DNA from: Thermoanaerobaculaceae bacterium
Lineage (GTDB): Bacteria; Acidobacteriota; Thermoanaerobaculia; Multivoradales; UBA5704
Assembly: GCA_963717295.1 (NCBI GenBank)
Contig: OY970330.1
Location: 2,532,391-2,596,390, forward strand
Direction: 5' to 3'
DNA length: 64,000 bases
The notes under the pieces are model-generated. The model saw only the letters and a list, made by a program, of their open reading frames with translations, had not been told where the DNA came from and ran no database searches. This document shows positions 18,633-28,379 of the stretch, piece after piece (the stretch's first letter is position 1; every line of letters starts with the position of its first letter). The position numbers and the translations under genes were made by a program.

Positions 18633-19907
18633 TCACTTGGCGATGGCGATCTCCGCGTTCACGAAGATCGGCGGACCGTCATCCTGATTTCCGCTCTCGT
18701 TCTGCGGCACGGTGAAGAAATCGATGGCCCCACGCTGGAACACGAGGCACAGGCTCGAGCCGCCGTAGCTGAAGTAGCCGAGCTCCTGGCCTTTCTTCAC
18801 CGTATCCCCGGCCTTCACCTCCAGGGTGACCGAGGAGATCTCGGTAATGCCGATGGGCATGACGCAGACCATGCCGATCACCGGGTCCGGGCTCTCGACG
18901 AACACCAGCCCCCGCGTGTTGACGGAGGACTCGTAGCCCTGCGAGTAGGTCGCGGCGGTCGGGTCGGGGCCGGCGGATTCCGCATCGCTGAACATCAATC
19001 CGCCCACGGTCTCGGCACTGCGGACGATGCCGTCGATCGGCGAGTGCCAGCGGTGATAGTCGGCGCCGGACAGGAACGACTGGAACACGTCGCCGCCGAT
19101 GAAGCGCTCCGTAAACTCGCTGCCGTTCAGCATGTTGCCCAGCGAGTAGGGCTGCCCCTTGATCCAGAAATTCGCCTGCGCCTGGACGTCGCTGACATAG
19201 GTGACCACCGTGCCGTCGTTGGCGGAGACGATGACCTTGGGATTGTCCGGAGCGGCGATGGGGCGGCATTCCGGCTTGATCTGCCGGTGGAAATAGGCAT
19301 TGAAGGAAGCGAAGCCCCAGTGCGGTGCCCCTGGGTCGGGGATCACGAACTCGTAGAGCTTGTTCTGCTTGTAGGCTGGCGGCGACAGCCAGCCGTATTC
19401 TCCCTCATTCAGGACGGACTGGCTTGCGGAGCTGTCCAGATAGGCACACCACTCCTGGAGGATGGCCCGGATCGCCTCGTTGAACGCCACGTTCCGGAAT
19501 GCAGCCTCGCCGGACCGCGTCATCATCATGTAGGTGAACAGGGTCGACATCGGGAAGGAGTTCTGATCGGCGGGAACCGGGTTGTACTCCGGCGCGGTGG
19601 TCGAGATCAGCTCCAGGGCCGTGAGCAGTTGGGGGATGTTGTGGATGTGCCGGTGCTTGGGATGGACCTGATCGATCATCTGGGTCACGTACATGCGGAC
19701 GATCCCATCGTGCTCGATCAAACCCGCCAGCGCCGCCACGGACGGAGTGAGAATCGGATCACCCTTCGCCAGCCGCTTCTCAGCCTCCTGGGCGAGGTTC
19801 TTCTGCCACGCATCGACCGCCGCCCGGTTCTTCGGCAGATAGCCGGCCACGCGCCCAAACGACCTCCTGTACCGCGCCTCGATCGCCTGCTCGACATCGT
19901 CGCTCAT
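18633..19907 (-). CDS. phosphatidylserine decarboxylase-family protein (long PSDC + PSD form, PsiD-like)
   Basis: 424 aa with a strong AGGAGGG RBS. The C-terminal pyruvoyl-enzyme self-cleavage context is GYFSYGGSSLCLVF. An extended N-terminal domain precedes the PSD core. Confidence 0.65.
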   Translation of the reverse strand: MSDDVEQAIEARYRRSFGRVAGYLPKNRAAVDAWQKNLAQEAEKRLAKGDPILTPSVAALAGLIEHDGIVRMYVTQMIDQVHPKHRHIHNIPQLLTALELISTTAPEYNPVPADQNSFPMSTLFTYMMMTRSGEAAFRNVAFNEAIRAILQEWCAYLDSSASQSVLNEGEYGWLSPPAYKQNKLYEFVIPDPGAPHWGFASFNAYFHRQIKPECRPIAAPDNPKVIVSANDGTVVTYVSDVQAQANFWIKGQPYSLGNMLNGSEFTERFIGGDVFQSFLSGADYHRWHSPIDGIVRSAETVGGLMFSDAESAGPDPTAATYSQGYESSVNTRGLVFVESPDPVIGMVCVMPIGITEISSVTLEVKAGDTVKKGQELGYFSYGGSSLCLVFQRGAIDFFTVPQNESGNQDDGPPIFVNAEIAIAK

Positions 19908-20155
19908 CGGTCCCTCCTAGTTCCTGGACTTGAAACACTCTTTTTGCAAAGGCAGCGCCAACTGTACTCTCCTCTGGCCACCGGGCTGGAACAAGAGGAT
20001 GACAGGTGTCCGCGGCAAAGGCCGGCACGGAACCGACGTGTCGCCGACATGTCGGTCGGCGTGCTGCCCGTAGGGTGGCAGACCCGTAGCCCCGGGTGCC
20101 CTATGGGCTCAGGATGTCCTGTTATCATTGAAGAGTCTCTTCAAGGAGGATCATC

Positions 20156-23100
20156 GTGCAGAGAGTCCTGGTCCCGCTCGTCCTCTCCGTCGTTCTGAGC
20201 TCCTCCCTCCACGCCGCGAAGATTCCGATTTCCGGCCGGGTCGTCGATCCCGGCGGCAAGGGTGTGGCTGGCGCCAAGGTGCTCCTCGCCCCCGTGCCCA
20301 CCGCCACGGAGAGAGCCCGGCTGGAGCTGGCGGGCAAGACTTCCGAGCCCGCGGGCACGGCGGCCACGGACGCCTCGGGGGCCTTTCAGATCGCCGCCCC
20401 GGATGCGGGCATGTGGAATGTACGGATCGAGGCCCGCGGCTTCGTACCTCTCGAAATGCCTCTCACTCCCCTGGTCGACGAAACCGACCTGGGAGAGGTG
20501 AAGATGCTCGCGGACACGGGGATCAAGGTGACGGTGACAGATTCCGCGGGCAAACCGGCAGCCGGCGTCCGGGTACGGCTCCTGGACGCGCGGGCTGGGA
20601 CCGGCTTCGGCGGAGGCGGGTCCGTGGCCCTCCGGCTCGCCACCACGGGAGCGGACGGTACGGCAACCCTGCCCCGGGCGGCCGAGGAGAATCTCACCGT
20701 GCAAGTGGGGATGGCCGGCTTGCCCATGACCGAGCGCAAGAGCGTGCGCGGCACGGCTGTCACCTTCCGGCTCGCCGCCGGAAAGGCCCGCCACCTTCGG
20801 GTGCGGGACGCCAAAGGCAAGGGCGTGCCGGGTGTGGCCGTCTGGCAGGGTGACTGGGTGATGGGGAAGACCTCCGAGACCGGGACCATCGATCTCGCCC
20901 TCCCCGATGCGGGCGGTGCCGGGCTGCGGCTGACGGCGGAGGATGGCCGGTCTCTCGACTTCCGGCTGAAACCCGCCGCGAAACCCGGTGTCACCGCGCC
21001 CGAGGGGGCGGAGACGCCTGACGTGGCGATGCTGCCGTCGGCCGGGGCCCTCACCGGCAAAGTCGTCTCCGCCCGCGACGGCCGCCCGCTCGCCGGGGCC
21101 TTGGCATGGCTCTCCGCCGATCCCAGCACGGCTGTGAGGACGGGGGCCGACGGAACCTTCAGCATCCAGGCCTCTCCCGAGGCGACAAGCGTGGAAGCCG
21201 CCGCCGGCGGTTTCTTTCAGAACCGGGGGGACGCTGGTGGCAATCACCGGTCGCCCAGTTTTGCCCTCAAGCCCCGCCTCGCCACGTCCGGCGTAGTGGT
21301 GGACGAGGCCGGCAGAGGCTTGCCGGGCGCGGGTCTCACCGCCACCCTGTTGCCGGGGAAACTGTCGATGAGCATGGATTTCAGCCGCTTCCGTAGCGGC
21401 GGCTTCCTGCGCAGCGGCCCCGGCGGGCGATTCCGGCTCGCCAATCTGGCGGCGGGCGTTCCTTACGGCCTGCGCGTCGAGCTGCCGGGCTTTGCCCCCG
21501 CGCAGACGGAGCTTCCCGCCCGCGAGGACGGCCAGCCGGCGCCCGAGCTGCGTATCGTGATGCGGGCCGGCCAGCAGGCCTTCGGCAAAGTTCTCGACGC
21601 CAACCATGCGGCCGTCGCCGGAGCCCGGGTGAGGCTCCGCCCCCGGACCGGCGACGATCTGGGAGCTCAGCTCCGGGAGGCTCTCGGCGGCCCGGCGAAC
21701 CGTTTCGAGGCCACGAGCGAAGCGACGGGACGCTTTGCCGTGGGTCATATTCCTTCCGGCAGCTTCGATTTGATCGTGAACGCGAAGGGCTTCGCACCGC
21801 TCACCGTACCCGGCCTCGCGGTGCCCGAGGGGCAGGGCGCGTCCGATCTCGGAACGGTGGTGCTCTCCCCCGGCATCGCCGTGGAAGGCAAGGTGGTCGA
21901 CGCGGAAGGCAAGCCCGTCGAGGGGGCCGAGGTACGGGCTGTGGCCGGCGCCATGCGGACCCTGCGGAGGACGCCCGCGCGAAATCCCGGGCCCGTCGAC
22001 AGCTTCACCGCCGCCGACGGCTCTTTCCGCCTGGAGGACCGCGCGCCGGGTGAGTCGCTCGACCTCGCCGTCAGCCATCCGAGCTATGGGCCGGGCACCG
22101 CCCCGGGGGTCGTGGTACCCACGGCAGAGCCGGTGCGCATCGTGCTGCAGACCACCTCCAGCGTCTCGGGCCGGGTGCTGGGCAAGGACGGCAAGGGCAT
22201 TTCCGGAGCCCGGGTGACCTTGAGCGAATTGATCCCGATGAGCTTCGGAAGCCGGTCGATGATGCGCCCCGGCAGCTGGAAGCCGGGGGTGACCGACGAG
22301 GACGGCGCCTTCTCCTTCTCCGGCGTGGCTCCCGGCAGCGTGGAGGTGCGGGCCGAGGCGGTTCGACATCAGACCGCGGAGCTCAAGGGGCTGGAAACGA
22401 AACCCGGGCAGGAGCTGACGGGAGTCGAGCTCGTCCTCCCAGCCGCCGCCTCGGTCGAGGGCCGCGTCGTCACCCCCGACGGCAGGCCGGTTCCGGGCGC
22501 CGAGGTGACGGTGGTGAGCGCCGACTCCGCCGGGGGCTTCGCCTTCCCGGACCTCTCCGCCCAGACCGACGGCGACGGCCGCTACGTTCTCGACGGTGTG
22601 CCTCCCGGCGCGCGGACCCTTGAAGCCCGGGCCGAAGGCTATCGCCGGGGGGTGCGAGATCTGGAGGTGAAGGAAGGGGACACCACCGCCGACTTCACCC
22701 TGGAGAACGGTTTCCAGGTCTCGGGCCGGGTGGTGGACGAGGCGGGTAACCCTGTGGTGAGCGCCCAGCTCCTGATGGTGGCCGGCCGGAGCTTTACGGA
22801 AGTATTGAGCGCCTTGAGCGGCCCCGACGGCGCCTTCCACTTCGACGGCGTCCCGCCCGGAACGTTCCGCCTCAGCGCCCGTAAAATCGGTTACGCGGCC
22901 AATGCCCAGGGCGATACGGTAACGGTTTCCAACGCCTCGGTGAGCGGTCTGGAGATCAAGCTCGCGGCTGGCGGCTCGCTCACCGGCAAGATCACGGGGG
23001 TGGACTTCAGCCAACTGGCGCGCGTCCACGTCGTCGCCAACGACAGGAGGCCCGGCCAGGTGGACGCCGACGGCATCTATCACATTCTCAACGTGCCCCC

Positions 23101-24232
23101 GGGCGACTACGTGGTGAGCGCCTCCGTGCCGGACACGCCGCTGCACGCCGAGGGGCGGGTGACGCTGGAGCCCGGGGCGGCGGAAGGGAAAATCGATCTC
23201 CAGTTTGGCAAGGGTTTTACGCTCAGCGGCGTCGTGCTGCGCAACGGCGCTCCGCTCGCCGGTGCCGGCCTGGAGCTGACCCACAAGGATACGTACTCCA
23301 ATCACGACGCGAATTCCGATCACCAGGGAGCGTTTCAGTTCGGCGGCCTGGACGCCGGCACCTACGAGCTCTCGGTGCGTACGGCGGGAGGAGCGTTCCA
23401 CAAGGAAACGGTGGAGATCTCGGGCGATCGCGAGGTGCGGGTGGACCTGCGCACGGCAAGCCTCGCCGGACGAGTGGTCGACGCCGCGGACTCCACGCCC
23501 GTGACCGGCGCCAAGATGAGCCTGGAGCCGGTGGAGGGCAAGGACGACTTCCCCATGAGCTCCGCCGAGACCGATTCCCACGGCGCCTTCCGGCTCGCCG
23601 AGGTGGCCGATGGCGCCTGGAGACTGCGGGTGAGTCACGACGGCTACTCGCCCGCCGTGAAGGAAGTGCGGGTGGACGGCGCGGACGCGAGCGATCTGGA
23701 GATCCCGCTCTCCCCCACCGAGGGGCTGACGCTGGAGGTGGTGCTGCCCTCCGGCCAGGCTCCGGAACGCATCCGGGCCGGCGTGATCGACGCCGCGGGC
23801 AAGACGGTGGCCGCGGGCTTTTATCCGGTGGGAGAGAACGGCCGCGTGCGGCTGAGCAACGTGCCGCCGGGGAGCTGGCAAGTCTTCGTGGATTCCGACT
23901 TCGCCGCACCGGGCAGCGTGCCGGCGACCGCGCCGGGTCCGGTCGTGCGAGTCCTCCTGTCCCCGGCCGGCGTCGTACGCGTGAAGGTGCCCGCCTTGAC
24001 CCAGGACGACACCGCCGCCAAGATAAGCCTCGCGAGCCCCGGCGGCGCCTATCGCGCCTTCGATTTCAACGGCCAGATCACCAGCCAGTTCGATCTCTAC
24101 CGCGGCACTCAGACCCTCACCCGCATTCCGGCCGGCACCTGGCAGGTGACCGCCAAAGCCGCGGACGGCCGCACTTACACGGGCACGGCGGCGGTGACGC
24201 CGGGAGGTGCCGTGGATGTGGTGTTGAAATAG
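20156..24232 (+). CDS. large secreted protein with ~14 tandem carboxypeptidase-regulatory-like (CarboxypepD_reg) domains
   Basis: GTG start with AAGGAGGA upstream and a signal peptide. A recurring (I/V)SGRVVDxxGxPVxGAxV module is present, e.g. ISGRVVDPGGKGVAGAKV, VSGRVLGKDGKGISGARV, VEGRVVTPDGRPVPGAEV. Confidence 0.8.
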   Translation: MQRVLVPLVLSVVLSSSLHAAKIPISGRVVDPGGKGVAGAKVLLAPVPTATERARLELAGKTSEPAGTAATDASGAFQIAAPDAGMWNVRIEARGFVPLEMPLTPLVDETDLGEVKMLADTGIKVTVTDSAGKPAAGVRVRLLDARAGTGFGGGGSVALRLATTGADGTATLPRAAEENLTVQVGMAGLPMTERKSVRGTAVTFRLAAGKARHLRVRDAKGKGVPGVAVWQGDWVMGKTSETGTIDLALPDAGGAGLRLTAEDGRSLDFRLKPAAKPGVTAPEGAETPDVAMLPSAGALTGKVVSARDGRPLAGALAWLSADPSTAVRTGADGTFSIQASPEATSVEAAAGGFFQNRGDAGGNHRSPSFALKPRLATSGVVVDEAGRGLPGAGLTATLLPGKLSMSMDFSRFRSGGFLRSGPGGRFRLANLAAGVPYGLRVELPGFAPAQTELPAREDGQPAPELRIVMRAGQQAFGKVLDANHAAVAGARVRLRPRTGDDLGAQLREALGGPANRFEATSEATGRFAVGHIPSGSFDLIVNAKGFAPLTVPGLAVPEGQGASDLGTVVLSPGIAVEGKVVDAEGKPVEGAEVRAVAGAMRTLRRTPARNPGPVDSFTAADGSFRLEDRAPGESLDLAVSHPSYGPGTAPGVVVPTAEPVRIVLQTTSSVSGRVLGKDGKGISGARVTLSELIPMSFGSRSMMRPGSWKPGVTDEDGAFSFSGVAPGSVEVRAEAVRHQTAELKGLETKPGQELTGVELVLPAAASVEGRVVTPDGRPVPGAEVTVVSADSAGGFAFPDLSAQTDGDGRYVLDGVPPGARTLEARAEGYRRGVRDLEVKEGDTTADFTLENGFQVSGRVVDEAGNPVVSAQLLMVAGRSFTEVLSALSGPDGAFHFDGVPPGTFRLSARKIGYAANAQGDTVTVSNASVSGLEIKLAAGGSLTGKITGVDFSQLARVHVVANDRRPGQVDADGIYHILNVPPGDYVVSASVPDTPLHAEGRVTLEPGAAEGKIDLQFGKGFTLSGVVLRNGAPLAGAGLELTHKDTYSNHDANSDHQGAFQFGGLDAGTYELSVRTAGGAFHKETVEISGDREVRVDLRTASLAGRVVDAADSTPVTGAKMSLEPVEGKDDFPMSSAETDSHGAFRLAEVADGAWRLRVSHDGYSPAVKEVRVDGADASDLEIPLSPTEGLTLEVVLPSGQAPERIRAGVIDAAGKTVAAGFYPVGENGRVRLSNVPPGSWQVFVDSDFAAPGSVPATAPGPVVRVLLSPAGVVRVKVPALTQDDTAAKISLASPGGAYRAFDFNGQITSQFDLYRGTQTLTRIPAGTWQVTAKAADGRTYTGTAAVTPGGAVDVVLK

Positions 24233-24238
24233 AAGCGC

Positions 24239-24823
24239 TCAGGATGTGAAGCCCAGCCGCTCCTCCAGCCTGGCCTTCGCCGCGGGCCACTCCTCGGCGA
24301 TGAGGCTGAAGATCATGGTGTCGCGGAGGAAGCCGTTGGAGCGCATCTGGAAACGGCGCAGCACGCCCTCGCGCTGGGCTCCCAGCTTCTCGATCGCCCT
24401 CTGGCTCTGGAGGTTGTTGACGTCGGTCTTGAACTGGACGCGCGCGGCTTCCAGCGCTTCGAAGGCGTGGCGCAGCAGCAGGTACTTGCTCTCGGGGTTC
24501 ACTTTCGTGCCCTGGTGGGACTTGGCGATCCAGGTGCGGCCGATCTCAAGACCGAGGTGAGGCGGACGGATGTCGAGGTAGCCCGTCATCCCCACCGGCT
24601 CCAGTTCCGGCTTGACGAGGATGACGAAGAACAGCGAGGCGGGCTTGGCGAGGGAGTCGCGCACCCAGTCCGCGAAGGCCTCGGCGCCGGCGTCCCGCGG
24701 CCATTCCAGGGTGTGGAGGAAGAGGTCCGGATCGGTCCTGGGCCACAGCAAGGGGGCGTGCTCCGGCGTCAGGGGATCGAGGATGAGGCTGGGACCTTCG
24801 AGGCGCACGGGCTGGACGTTCAT
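24239..24823 (-). CDS. GNAT-family N-acetyltransferase (RimJ/RimL-like)
   Basis: 194 aa with acetyl-CoA-binding-type segments (GRTWIAKSHQGTKVNPESKYLLLRHAFE...SQRAIEKLGAQREGVLR). Confidence 0.75.
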   Translation of the reverse strand: MNVQPVRLEGPSLILDPLTPEHAPLLWPRTDPDLFLHTLEWPRDAGAEAFADWVRDSLAKPASLFFVILVKPELEPVGMTGYLDIRPPHLGLEIGRTWIAKSHQGTKVNPESKYLLLRHAFEALEAARVQFKTDVNNLQSQRAIEKLGAQREGVLRRFQMRSNGFLRDTMIFSLIAEEWPAAKARLEERLGFTS

Positions 24824-24862
24824 AGGCGCTTCAGTTTATCGTGCGCCACGGAGGTTCCAAAC

Positions 24863-26137
24863 TTGATCCCAGCATCCCTCGCGCGCCGCGGCGCGCCACT
24901 CGCTCTATCGCTGCTCCTGGCCTCGGCCGCCGCCTGGGGCCAAGGGGAAGCTCCCAAACCCGCCGAGCCGACTCCACCGACGACTCCGGGGACGCCGGCC
25001 GTGCCGGAAAACCCACCCGTGCCCGCGCTGCCGCCGCCCGTCGTCCGCATTCCCGATCGCGGCGACTTCAAGCTGGTCTACGAGAAGACCAGGAATCCCG
25101 ACTATCTGGGCCTCCAGCAGATCTTCAAGGAGACTCAGCTCCTGCAGGAGACGGTGCGGGCCCTCAACGACACGCTGGCGATGCCGACGGACGTCACGGC
25201 GGCCCTTCGCGAGTGCGGCACGGCGGATGCTCCGTACGACGCCGACAAGCGCCGTATCTCGATCTGCTACGAGCTGATCGACGCGCTCTCCGACCTGTTC
25301 ACGGCGGACGTCACCAGCGAGGAGGGCATTCAGCAGGCGGGGATCGCCGTGGCCGGGGCGACGCTGTTCATCTTCTTCCACGAGGCGGGGCACGCGCTCA
25401 TCCGCCTCGACTCCCTGCCCATTACCGGCAAGGAGGAGGATGCGGTGGATCAGCTCGCCACCCTCCTGCTGCTCGAAAGCGGCCGGCAGGGCGAGAAGGC
25501 GGCGCTCGACGGCGCCACCACGTTCCTCGCGCGAGAGAAGGACGCCAAGAGCCAGGCCGCGCTCGCCAGGATGCCCTTCTGGAACGCCCACGCCCTGGAC
25601 CAGCAGCGCTTCGCCAACGTCATCTGCTGGGTCTACGGCAAGAACCCCGTGGAGTTTCAGTACCTGGTGGAGGATGGCACCCTTCCCACCGACCGCGCCG
25701 CCCAGTGCACGGCCGAGTACGAGCAGATGGCGAAGACCTGGGATGGGTTGCTGGGTCCCTATCTCAAGGGGCCGGGGCTGGTGCCGCCGCTGCCCGCTCC
25801 GGCGTCCCCTGCTCCGGCCTCGCCTGAAAAGGCGGCCCCAACGCCGCCGCCACCAGGGATTAAAATCCCTGGCCACCTTGTCGGCAACCTTCTTTCAAGG
25901 GATGGCGGTCTCAGGAGCCCCCGGGATGTAGGTATCGGCCAGATAACTCCGCAGCTTGCGCAGGGCCGGTCAGCCAGCCGCGCTGCGTCATGTTATTTCG
26001 CTGCCTTCCCCTTCTCCTCCGCCACCCACGCCCTGATGTTCTTCTCCAGCAGATCGAGCGGCAGGGCGCCGTTGCCCAGCACGTGGTCGTGGAAGGCGCG
26101 GACGTCGAACTTGGGGCCCAGCTCCTTCTCGGCGTAG
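24863..26137 (+). CDS. DUF4344-type putative metallopeptidase (HExxH), 3' end uncertain
   Basis: TTG start 8 nt after GGAGG, a signal-like N-terminus, and FFHEAGHALI. After a Pro-rich tail the frame has no stop until 26137, so it overlaps the convergent DUF885 gene by 145 bp. Confidence 0.55.
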   Translation: MIPASLARRGAPLALSLLLASAAAWGQGEAPKPAEPTPPTTPGTPAVPENPPVPALPPPVVRIPDRGDFKLVYEKTRNPDYLGLQQIFKETQLLQETVRALNDTLAMPTDVTAALRECGTADAPYDADKRRISICYELIDALSDLFTADVTSEEGIQQAGIAVAGATLFIFFHEAGHALIRLDSLPITGKEEDAVDQLATLLLLESGRQGEKAALDGATTFLAREKDAKSQAALARMPFWNAHALDQQRFANVICWVYGKNPVEFQYLVEDGTLPTDRAAQCTAEYEQMAKTWDGLLGPYLKGPGLVPPLPAPASPAPASPEKAAPTPPPPGIKIPGHLVGNLLSRDGGLRSPRDVGIGQITPQLAQGRSASRAASCYFAAFPFSSATHALMFFSSRSSGRAPLPSTWSWKARTSNLGPSSFSA

Positions 26138-27828
26138 GCGCGCATCTCCTTGATCTTCAGCTCGCCGATCTTGTAGGCCAGGGCCTGGCCGGGCCAGACG
26201 ATGTAGCGGTCCACCTCGACCTCGATGTCGTGCTCGGCCTTGGCCGAGTTGGCCTTGAAATAGTCGAGCGCCTGCTGGCGGGTCCAGCCCATGGTGTGCA
26301 TGCCGGTGTCCACCACGAGGCGGATGGCCCGCCACATCTCGTAGGTGAGCTGGCCGAACTTCGAGTAGGGATCCTCGTAGAGACCGAGATCGGCCCCCAG
26401 ACTCTCGGCGTAGAGACCCCAGCCCTCGACGAAAGCCGTGTAGTCGTCGTGCCGGCGCCACTCGGGAACGTTCTCCAATTCCTTGGCGAGCGAGATCTGA
26501 AGATGATGACCCGGCACCGCCTCGTGCAGGGTGAGAGACTCCATCTCCCACTTCGGCCGCGACTTGAGGTCGTAGGTGTTGGCGTAGAAGTACCCGGGCC
26601 GGCCCGCCGCCCGCGAGCCGTCCTCATAGTAGGCCGTGGTCTGCGACTTCTCGGCATAGGAGGGCACGGGAATGACGCCGTAGGTCATTCGCGGCAGCTT
26701 GCCGAAGAGCTTCACCAGGCCGGGATCGATGCGCTTGGCGATATCGCGATAGCCCGTCAGCAAATCCTCCGGCTTGTCGTAGAAGAACCGCGGGTCGGTG
26801 CGCAGAAAGGTGAGAAACTCCGGGAAGCCGCCCTTGAAGCCGGTGGTGGCGATGAGATCGTCCATCTGCTTGCGGATGCGCTTCACCTCGGAGAGGCCGA
26901 TCTGATGGATCTGCTCCGGTGTGAGATTGGTGGTGGTGCTGTTGCGGACGTTGAAGGCGTACCAGGCCTTGCCGTCCGGCAGATCGCTCATGGCGATGGT
27001 GTCGCGGGAGGCGGGCAGGTAGGTGTTGAAGAGGTAGCTCTGGAGCTTGCGGAACGCCGGCAGGGCGGCGCTCTCGAAGGCCGTGATGCCGTCGCTCTTG
27101 AGCCGTGCCTGCTCGTTGACCGGAATGCTGTCGGGGAACTTCTGAAAAGCCTTCAGCATGGGGCTCTTCATGGGGCTGTCCACGATCAGGTTGCCGACCT
27201 GGGCCGGGACCTCGCGCAGAGTGATTTTCGGCGGCGTCACTCCCTCCTGAAGGCCCTTGTTCAGCAGGGCGATCGTCTGATCGATCACATGGGGAATGCC
27301 GCGCAGGCGGGCGATAAGGTTCTCGTAATCCTTGACATTGTTGGCCGGCATGTACGACAGGAGCTGGGGGATTCCCTGCTGCACTCCGCTCACCTGGTTG
27401 ATCTGCATATACTCGTGGTGAAACTTCTTGCCCTCGATCTCGCGCTCCACCCGCCGGTGCGCGAGGTCGTAGTTGACCTGCTCGGCCGGCGTGAGCTTGG
27501 CGCGGTCGATGGAGTCGAGAGCCTGCAGCATCTTGACCGTGAGCGCGCGGCCGAACTCGATGGCCCCGAACGACGAGTCGCTCCAGCGGTCGTTGAGCCC
27601 CGGATAGCCCACGGCGGTCGCGAACTCCGGGGCCGCGTGCATCGTGGTCTCCCACGAGAGGTCGAACAGCTTCTGGAGCCGCACGCTCTCGCTCTCCTTG
27701 CCCTTGGTGTCGGGGAACTGCTCGAACTGTTTCGCGTACGCGACGAGATCCGGAGCGACGGCGGAGGCGGCGGTCACGGAGACTGCGGCCAGCAGGCAGA
27801 CGGCGAAGATCAGGAACAGAGATTTCAT
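25993..27828 (-). CDS. DUF885-family protein (putative metallopeptidase)
   Basis: 611 aa with a signal peptide, the HEAVPGHHLQ motif, and characteristic C-terminal DRYIVWPGQALAYKIG. Confidence 0.8.
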   Translation of the reverse strand: MKSLFLIFAVCLLAAVSVTAASAVAPDLVAYAKQFEQFPDTKGKESESVRLQKLFDLSWETTMHAAPEFATAVGYPGLNDRWSDSSFGAIEFGRALTVKMLQALDSIDRAKLTPAEQVNYDLAHRRVEREIEGKKFHHEYMQINQVSGVQQGIPQLLSYMPANNVKDYENLIARLRGIPHVIDQTIALLNKGLQEGVTPPKITLREVPAQVGNLIVDSPMKSPMLKAFQKFPDSIPVNEQARLKSDGITAFESAALPAFRKLQSYLFNTYLPASRDTIAMSDLPDGKAWYAFNVRNSTTTNLTPEQIHQIGLSEVKRIRKQMDDLIATTGFKGGFPEFLTFLRTDPRFFYDKPEDLLTGYRDIAKRIDPGLVKLFGKLPRMTYGVIPVPSYAEKSQTTAYYEDGSRAAGRPGYFYANTYDLKSRPKWEMESLTLHEAVPGHHLQISLAKELENVPEWRRHDDYTAFVEGWGLYAESLGADLGLYEDPYSKFGQLTYEMWRAIRLVVDTGMHTMGWTRQQALDYFKANSAKAEHDIEVEVDRYIVWPGQALAYKIGELKIKEMRAYAEKELGPKFDVRAFHDHVLGNGALPLDLLEKNIRAWVAEEKGKAAK

Positions 27829-27951
27829 GACGACCTTTCTACGGGAAGAACGCGGGATACACCACGGCTTGGGGATTCTACGGGAGAGACGGGCGGAGGT
27901 TGCAGGGGGTCCCCATTCGTCGCCTTTCAGCGAAGGACGTCTCTCGCGGCT

Positions 27952-28267
27952 GGGAAATCGAGGTTCTCCCTATTCCGGGGGTTCCGCTTCGCTCCACCCC
28001 CGGCTACATGCCTTGGCCCCTTCGGGGCATGTTCGTCGCTCCCGGCCCCGAAGGGGCCAAGGCATGTAGCCCGGGGGCTGGCGGCTTTTTGCCAGCCCCG
28101 GGACACGTCGATCCAATAAACCTAAAGCCCTGAAAGGGCGACGGCAGCTTGGGTTCGACGAAGCGCCGCCGCCGCCCCTTCGGGGCTGGAAAAATCGAGG
28201 TTCTCCTAGTCCGGGGACTCCGCTTCGCTCCGCCCCCGGCTACATGCCGTTGCCCCTTCGGGGCATG
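27952..28267. repeat. 80-nt direct repeat pair plus nested hairpins in a 551-bp intergenic region
   Basis: 27952..28031 and 28188..28267 share ...AATCGAGGTTCTCC..CCGCTTCGCTCC.CCCCGGCTACATGCC.T.GCCCCTTCGGGGCATG. 27997..28027 pairs with 28046..28077 (1 indel). Confidence 0.8.
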
Positions 28268-28293
28268 TGGAACGTGAGGGTGAAGGGACTGCT

Positions 28294-28370
28294 AAGGACT
28301 TCAAGGACACGAAGGACGCAGTCAACCGAAAACTCTCGTCCTTGGCGTCCCTGGTGTCCTTGAGGTCCTT
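28294..28370. repeat. 9-bp-periodic AAGGACNNN hairpin element
   Basis: AAGGACTTCAAGGACACGAAGGACG ... CGTCCTTGGCGTCCCTGGTGTCCTTGAGGTCCTT, immediately 3' of the peptidase gene. A related copy lies at 33095..33191. Confidence 0.75.
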
Positions 28371-28379
28371 GCTTTCCGC

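Noticed and set aside
20141-23881. 1246-aa ORF antisense to the CarboxypepD_reg gene
   Set aside because: The sequence is Arg/Gly/Ala/His-rich and non-protein-like. It is a typical shadow ORF of a GC-rich gene whose sense strand has clear domain periodicity and an RBS.
24467-24862. Upstream extension of the DUF4344 ORF
   Set aside because: It overlaps the GNAT gene on the opposite strand and is non-protein-like. A TTG with a GGAGG RBS at 24863 starts a proper signal peptide.
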